This document shows positions 57,831 to 64,000 of a stretch of DNA of 64,000 nucleotides, in pieces. Where the stretch lies: positions 186,001 to 250,000 of the forward strand of contig SMSO01000025.1 of the NCBI GenBank assembly GCA_004764695.1, given 5' to 3'. The translations under genes and the position numbers were made by a program. This DNA comes from Schizochytrium sp. TIO01 (lineage: Eukaryota; Protista; Bigyra: Labyrinthulomycetes). The notes beneath the pieces are model-generated. The model did not search any database and had not been told where the DNA came from. It saw nothing but the letters and a program-made list of their open reading frames with translations. The first letter of the stretch is position 1. Each line of letters starts with the position of its first letter.

Positions 57831-58752
57831 CTTTCTTTAACTTGCAGAGAGGCGCAGTCAAGGAATCCTTCTCCTGTCACTTCTACACAAATATCCCGTA
57901 TTTAGTGTTAAGATTATACAGACAGAAAAGGTCAAGATTTTAGAAAGAAAAAACAAAAACAAAAAAAACGTCTGGAGCATCCGTATAACTAACTCGAAAC
58001 AGAGTCGTCTGTATCTTTGAGGTGAGCACCTTTGAAAGAAGTATCCATTCCTTAATTTCATATAAAACATAAGTATATCATTGTCTTAGAATTCTACACT
58101 CCAAAGATATTCAGGATTTATCTTCTGTTAACATAGCCCAAACCGTATGGAAACCACATCTTCGTCGAGCCTGGTTATCCAGCAATAGCTCTGCCCTTGC
58201 GTAGTATAGTGAGTCGTTGGGCTTTAGGGGATGAATGAAGCAGTCATAGTGGTCCTAATTAATGAAAGTCTCTTCTTAGAACTCGGTTCGTACCTGTGTA
58301 CTCTAGATAGCATCGCTACAAGCATCAGCTGCCACCGTTCTCATCGTGCTCACAAGAGGCTTTGCCTGCTATCGTAAATTTTAAAGAAGTCTGCCTTGTT
58401 ATTTGTTCGCTCTTCACAATCTCAGTGCTCTCAAGCCATTTAGTATCTCTATGAAGGCAGGTTTTTGAGAGCGATCACTCTCTGCAACATCTCTAAGAGT
58501 TAACCCATAGCAATTCCTAACATACAGGTAGTCGTTTCTTTTATGTATAAAGCAAAACAATAATAGGAAAAAAAAGAAGAAAAAATGAAATTAGAAAATG
58601 TACTACTGGTAGTTTAAAACATAGGTAGGGGCCTACCTGCTACCTTAGTCTCGGTTCATTCAAGTTGCCAAGCGTCTGCGAGTTCCGCAGGACAAAGCAA
58701 GCAAGACAGCAAATCAAACAACCTGGAGCTGCAAAACCACAACGACTTCAAG

Positions 58753-60009
58753 ATGGTGCGCAGGACAAAAGGCAGATCGAAGGCAGGATCAAAGGGTAGC
58801 GTGAAGCCGCCGCTCGATGATTGTAGTGACAACGGTACCTACGAAGACGAGGTAGACGAGGTAGACGATGAAGATGTCCAGACTGCAGAACTCGGATCTC
58901 CGAAGGGAGTCAACGACGAGGGGGTTGAAAGCGAGGAAGATACTAAGAGCGATGCTAAGCGCATTGAACTGGTCAAAGGGGGATTGAACTATCACGATTC
59001 TTGTTTATTGTCAGCTGGCGACTGTACAAAAGGTAACAAGAGACGTGGAGTTGATGGAAACCTTGAAAAAATGTATTCAAGGAAACCTGTCAAAAAGCGA
59101 CAGCATGTGCAGGAAAGTGACAACAACAACAACAACAAAAACAACCACCGCGAAGAGGCCAGACTAAGTGATGAACTTGAAAAAAAAACACTATCTTACG
59201 CTCCTGAAGATGATCTTTCGTTTGCTGATCATCCATTTTATGGGGAATTCTATGAACGCGCTGGCCCTCCTCGCTTTCGGGAGGCCTCCCCAAAGGAGCT
59301 TGAACAAAAGCTGAAGAGGTACCTTGCAGATTGTTTGGCTGATGAAATGGCATGCTGTGTTGCTACTAGAAAGGACCATCTTCGAGAATTCTTCGAAATT
59401 GCGTTTGGGCCTAATGGTGAGCTTGAGGGACGTTTCAAGGCATTGACAGACAAATACCTGTCATCCAGCAATTCCTCCACGGCAGAAACGCAAATAGACA
59501 ACCTGTACGAGGCACCAAAAAAGCCCCACGATGCAGGCTCCCCTTTGCCAAAGCTTCATAAAGACGACGATTTTACTCTAATTACGCACCCTGTCTTTAG
59601 CAGTGCATTTTACCAGGTTCTTAAAGAGGATGCCCCGAGACTGGAACAAATTTTCAACCATCACTGGGCAACATGTCCTGAGGAAACTGTAGCTACAGAA
59701 TACCGACGTTCTTCAGCTGTACACCGTATGCACAAAAAAGGTGATCTTCACTTGAAGCATTCGATTAACCTCCTCCGGTATACACTTGCCAATAGCATGG
59801 CGTCTAAACTTACCAATAGTTGTATCGAGCTAGGGTCGCCAATCACAAATCGTCTTCGCCAGCAGATGCTTCTTTGTATGCGCAACTTTTTGCAAGTTGC
59901 ACTTTCCAAAAACGGGGAACTGGGAGTGCGCTTTGAGAACACTGCCCTTTTGCTTCTTACTCGGCATGTCCAGGAGGAAGATTTCGCTTGGAAGCAATTG
60001 TACGCTTGA
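58753..60009 (+). CDS. Hypothetical protein (418 aa) with two divergent internal repeats
   Basis: ATG ORF. Acidic/basic disordered N-terminus. DDLSFADHPFYGEFY..REFFEIAFGPNGELEGRF resembles DDFTLITHPVFSSAFY..RNFLQVALSKNGELGVRF. Confidence 0.78.
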   Translation: MVRRTKGRSKAGSKGSVKPPLDDCSDNGTYEDEVDEVDDEDVQTAELGSPKGVNDEGVESEEDTKSDAKRIELVKGGLNYHDSCLLSAGDCTKGNKRRGVDGNLEKMYSRKPVKKRQHVQESDNNNNNKNNHREEARLSDELEKKTLSYAPEDDLSFADHPFYGEFYERAGPPRFREASPKELEQKLKRYLADCLADEMACCVATRKDHLREFFEIAFGPNGELEGRFKALTDKYLSSSNSSTAETQIDNLYEAPKKPHDAGSPLPKLHKDDDFTLITHPVFSSAFYQVLKEDAPRLEQIFNHHWATCPEETVATEYRRSSAVHRMHKKGDLHLKHSINLLRYTLANSMASKLTNSCIELGSPITNRLRQQMLLCMRNFLQVALSKNGELGVRFENTALLLLTRHVQEEDFAWKQLYA

Positions 60010-60689
60010 TTGATATCCCCTTGCTTCTCACCGTGTGCTATGTCATATCTCCACGTCCAACATATAGTTAAACATAATTAATATTCAATGCTATTATTCG
60101 GGTACTTTTGTCCTACTTGCGATATTTACTCTTCATTAAAAATTCCAAAGCATTCTATAACGTAAGCACATATTTGAGCACACTGTCTATATTGAAGGTG
60201 ATACCAAGGAATCAGTTTGTTAAATCTATGTGTCATGGCACAGCCTTGATAAGCAGTAGGGTATTCATCAGTTCTCACAAGCTGTATTGTCTTCCCCACC
60301 TTCAAGGCTGCCACCCTGATTGAAAATGTATCCTATGATGCTTCTCGATTGAATATTAATATGCCACCGATGCAGATGACACTGCTACTTTAGCTAAAGC
60401 AATGCATGCATTAGACTACACATACACAGTGCAAGGAAGGTCAAGCCACTTTAACAATGTTAGACTTTTTGTGTGTGTCGTAAGTATATTAAGCGGCCTA
60501 TTCTACAGTGTTCTATCATATCATATGGCAGATTATTTTTTTTTTAAATCAAGGGTGACAAGAGAAGAACTATAATCCCTAGTAATTTTTAAACACATTC
60601 ACTACTTCATTATTCTAATTACTCTCGTTTCGAACACATCTAGCACACCAGGGAAGTCCAATGAGTGAAACTGCTCGTCATCAGATCAG

Positions 60690-61400
60690 GTGTTTGAAGT
60701 GAGTTCTGCATATGGGAATGTTTTAGACTGTATATTTGAAGTAAACATCATACTAGAAGATTCTAACTGGACTGAAACATGCCAGTATGGACGTGTTGAT
60801 ATAGATGCACTTTGGCCAAGTGTCATTCCCTCTGCTACTTATCACACATGCAATAGTGGCTTCACCACTCAAGTAGCAGCCCGTGTAACTGGCGCGGAGG
60901 CATATGAAGCATGTCTTGACCAGTGCTTAGCCCTCGAAAATTTGAAATGTAGGTCCATACGCATAGAAACAATTTATACTGATGTGATGTACACATGCAA
61001 TCTGATGAAATGTTCTATAGGCGAACGAACATTTGAGATTTGAGGAAAACAGTACGTTTGCGGAACTTTCACCCCGTGCTTCATTCAAAACACCGAATAC
61101 GAATAACCTTGTACGTTCCATCTGGCTCATGGAGCCACCTCTTTGCTACGGTAAGTCCCTTCGTTTCTGTGCTATCACTTCTTCCAGCTTTTCTTTCCTC
61201 TCTTCGTGCGTGAGATCTTTCAAGATAACGCACTCCCCGCATTGCATTTCTATCCTCCTAACCTGTACTTTAATAGTCTCTACTAGTACTACTCCTACTC
61301 CTATCCTTTATTACCCAACAACAACACAGACAGTTCCAACTGTTCCTGCTTGCCTGCCATCCATGTGCCGGATTTCCGGTATTTACTCCGGATTTCCGTA
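60690..61400 (+). pseudogene. Possible PAN/apple-like Cys-rich gene remnant or mis-assembled gene
   Basis: YEACLDQCLALENLKCRSI..YTCNL Cys spacing, a frame break near 61040, a GTAAGT donor at 61151 and a Thr/Pro-rich tail. Confidence 0.35.
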
Positions 61401-61875
61401 GTTTTGCTCCCCGCAAACTCGTGGAGGCTGTTTCCTCTCTTTGTCTTTACAGATATAAGAAGATCAATACAGAGAATGGCCACTCCTAGTTATAGCATAG
61501 ATAGGCTTACTGGAAGCCACTTCTATAGTTAAGTGTATTGAGGGCGCTATCCCTGCGAAAAAGCAATCTTAGCGCGTTGTTAGATACTCCTATGTGTGCT
61601 GAGGTCGCGCTTAATGCGTTTGTTTCGTAGTGTTTTGATGAGGAGGCGATCAATTTACATGTTGTTGTCTTCATGGTTGTAGATGGCTTGCAGGCTGCAA
61701 CAAATGTCCACGTCATGGACACGAGCCTTGGACAACTTCTGGCCCAGCATGGTGGACATGGAGTCTGGAAAAGTTACAATGTCTGCAGCTCATGGTGCCA
61801 GTCTTCATGCCTTTATTGCTGTTATCCCGTTCTGCCAATTATGTGTTACGATCAATTTCGATCTCTAACTCGACA

Positions 61876-61926
61876 CAACAAACAAACAAACAATCAAACA
61901 AACAAACAAACAAACAAACAAACAAA
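61876..61926. repeat. (AAAC)n microsatellite
   Basis: Read directly. Confidence 0.85.
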
Positions 61927-62481
61927 TGCACTGAAGCAGGCGGGCAATCTAATAGACAGTCAGTAAGCAACTGAAGAGCGGCTATAAACTCCTGCCATGA
62001 AATGAAACCGAGCGCACCCCACTTGGAGCAACGCCAAATCTCAGAGTATTTATAACTTGATAAATCAATCATCAATCAATTAATCAATCATTGCCTTCAT
62101 TCGCCTATTTGTCCTCTGCGTATATACAGCGCTATGCAGCTCTTTGGTTACTATGGGCTATGCGCTATAGCCTATTTGTCCCTCTGGTATATCCTATAGT
62201 ACTGCGGAATACTCTTGTTTGGACCTCTCTGTACACTGAGTTATACGAAAATGAGTGAATGAGGTAAATGAGTGAATGAGAACATAATATATGACTGACT
62301 GAGTGAACAGGCGCTCGCTTGCGGTCGCTTCCGCGCAAACCCTACGCTCGCTGGCGCTGGCCGCCGTATCGCTGCGCGTCCCGCCCTCTGGCCTTTCTCG
62401 TTTGCTCCTCGTGTCCTTTCCCTCCCTTCGCTCTCCCTTCTCCCTTTTCCCCAGCCAGCCAGACCCCAGATTCGAGGCGCC

Positions 62482-63537
62482 ATGATGCGCGGGTCTGCCG
62501 GCGCTTTCCGCGCCGCTATGGCTGCTGCCCCTTCTTCGCGTGTGACTCCGTGCGCCGCTCCTCTCTGCTCATCGCTCTTGGCGTCGTCCCGCCTCACCGC
62601 GGTGTCTGCAGCTCCGTCTGTGGGATCCGTCTCACCCATCGTTGCCTCCATGGCGGCCCTCCGCGCCTTCTCTTCGCAGGTTTCTGCAGCTGTTGAGTCG
62701 GCCTCTGCAACCTCTGCCTCCTCAACTTCGGATGTGTCTCCCCCCCCTCCTCCCCCGAGCGCAATGCCTTCGAACGTACGCTTTTCAGACGCTGACGTGC
62801 TCGATGACACTGAGGATGAGGAGCTTGACTTCATCTACGTCGTGGCCCCGGGCCCCAAGTCTGCTCCGCTCTACAAGTTTACGGCTGACCTTTCTCTGGA
62901 GCGTGCCGGCGACTTTGCGCTCAACGACTTTGTCTTTAGCACTGAGGTTCGCCAGGACATTATCCACAACGTGGTAGCCTGGCAGCGGGCATCCCGCCGT
63001 CGTGGTCTTGCCAAGCGCAAGGACCGCTCCGAAGTCAGCGGCAGCACCCGCAAGCCGTTCAGGCAGAAGGGTACAGGTAAGGCTCGTCAGGGTTCCACTC
63101 GCGGCCCACACATGCGTGGAGGTGCTGTGGCTCTTGCGCCTAAGGGAAACCAGGATTTCAGCTACAAATTGAACAAAAAGTACCGTCGCTTTGGACTCCG
63201 CTCCGTTCTGTCTGCTCGTCTCATCGAGGAGAACCTCGTGGTCGTGGACTCCTTCGCGGCACCTGCTGATTCTGAGGACTTCGTCAAGACCAAGCAGATC
63301 GCTGCCATGATCCAGGACCAGGAATGGGACTCGGTCCTCTTCGTGGACGGTGATGACATGAACGAGGAGTTCAAGCGCGCTGTCAGTAACATTCCCAACG
63401 CACACGTGCTGCCCCAGGTTGGACTCAACGTCTACGATATCCTCAGCTTCAAGAAGCTTGTCATCAGCACTCAGGCACTCGAGGAGCTTGACCGCCGCCT
63501 TGACGAGAACGTGCGCAAGACCTACTTCTCTCGCTAA
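62482..63537 (+). CDS. MRPL4: Mitochondrial large ribosomal subunit protein uL4m
   Basis: Ala/Ser/Arg-rich presequence followed by the bacterial-type L4 signature RQDIIHNVVAWQRA..RSEVSGSTRKPFRQKGTGKARQGSTRGP..GGA..PK..KLNKK..RNIP-like SNIPN..GLNVYDIL. Strong GC3 bias. Confidence 0.95.
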   Translation: MMRGSAGAFRAAMAAAPSSRVTPCAAPLCSSLLASSRLTAVSAAPSVGSVSPIVASMAALRAFSSQVSAAVESASATSASSTSDVSPPPPPPSAMPSNVRFSDADVLDDTEDEELDFIYVVAPGPKSAPLYKFTADLSLERAGDFALNDFVFSTEVRQDIIHNVVAWQRASRRRGLAKRKDRSEVSGSTRKPFRQKGTGKARQGSTRGPHMRGGAVALAPKGNQDFSYKLNKKYRRFGLRSVLSARLIEENLVVVDSFAAPADSEDFVKTKQIAAMIQDQEWDSVLFVDGDDMNEEFKRAVSNIPNAHVLPQVGLNVYDILSFKKLVISTQALEELDRRLDENVRKTYFSR

Positions 63538-64000
63538 ATTGCCATTGCCACAACCCATTCCTATTTTCCCATCCCTCTCCATTCGACTCATTATTCGATC
63601 GATCAGTCAGCCAAATTACCTGCTGCTACGTCGATCGGTACATCGACAGACAACCCATACCGACTAAACCTTTTCTTAAAAATAAAACATTAGAAAAAGC
63701 ACCTTAATATTGATGTGAAGAACCAAACCAGCTCCATTGCACCCCATTCTTTATCATTTGGCCAATGATGCATGACAAGCTTTCCCCATCGCTTACAAGT
63801 GTTATAAATGTGCAAAAGCCTTCTCTTTTGCTCATACCCCTTGACTCTTTTTTGTTTCGTCTTCTTTCCCGATTATGACGAAGATCAACGTGGTAGGACG
63901 AATATTAATTCCCTTTTGTGCTTCTGTTATCTGAACTTTAGTATTCTTCCTCGTGCACGAAAGTTTCATGAGAAGCTTGAGCTTTCTTAAAAACGAAATG

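Overview
Eukaryotic nuclear DNA, most likely a thraustochytrid or labyrinthulomycete protist. This is an inference from long intron-poor ORFs, GT-AG introns, a nuclear-encoded mitoribosomal gene, microsatellite-rich spacers and an interstitial (TTAGG)n tract. The left half (1-30 kb) is an accessory region. It holds the 3' ~6.5 kb of an RNF213/mysterin-like AAA+ ATPase with an RZ-finger E3 module, followed directly by a ~22-kb birth-and-death array of one ~930-950 aa family with an F-box-like N-terminus and a hypervariable C4 zinc finger. The array has two intact copies, one near-intact copy, one frameshifted copy, one inverted/deleted chimera and one relic, interspersed with two tRNA-Gly(GCC) genes. 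The right half is more ordinary: XPG/RAD2, a Tubby-domain protein, a 4-exon DeSI/PPPDE peptidase, a secreted pseudo-trypsin with a mucin-like APTDAPTQ stalk and likely GPI signal, several orphans and mitochondrial uL4m. Four isolated frameshifts in otherwise intact genes suggest assembly indels. The best candidate for a new system is a ubiquitin-based 'defence island' (RNF213-like E3 plus diversified F-box/Zn-finger adaptors); that functional reading is inference. All assignments come from motif recognition by eye, and no searches were run.
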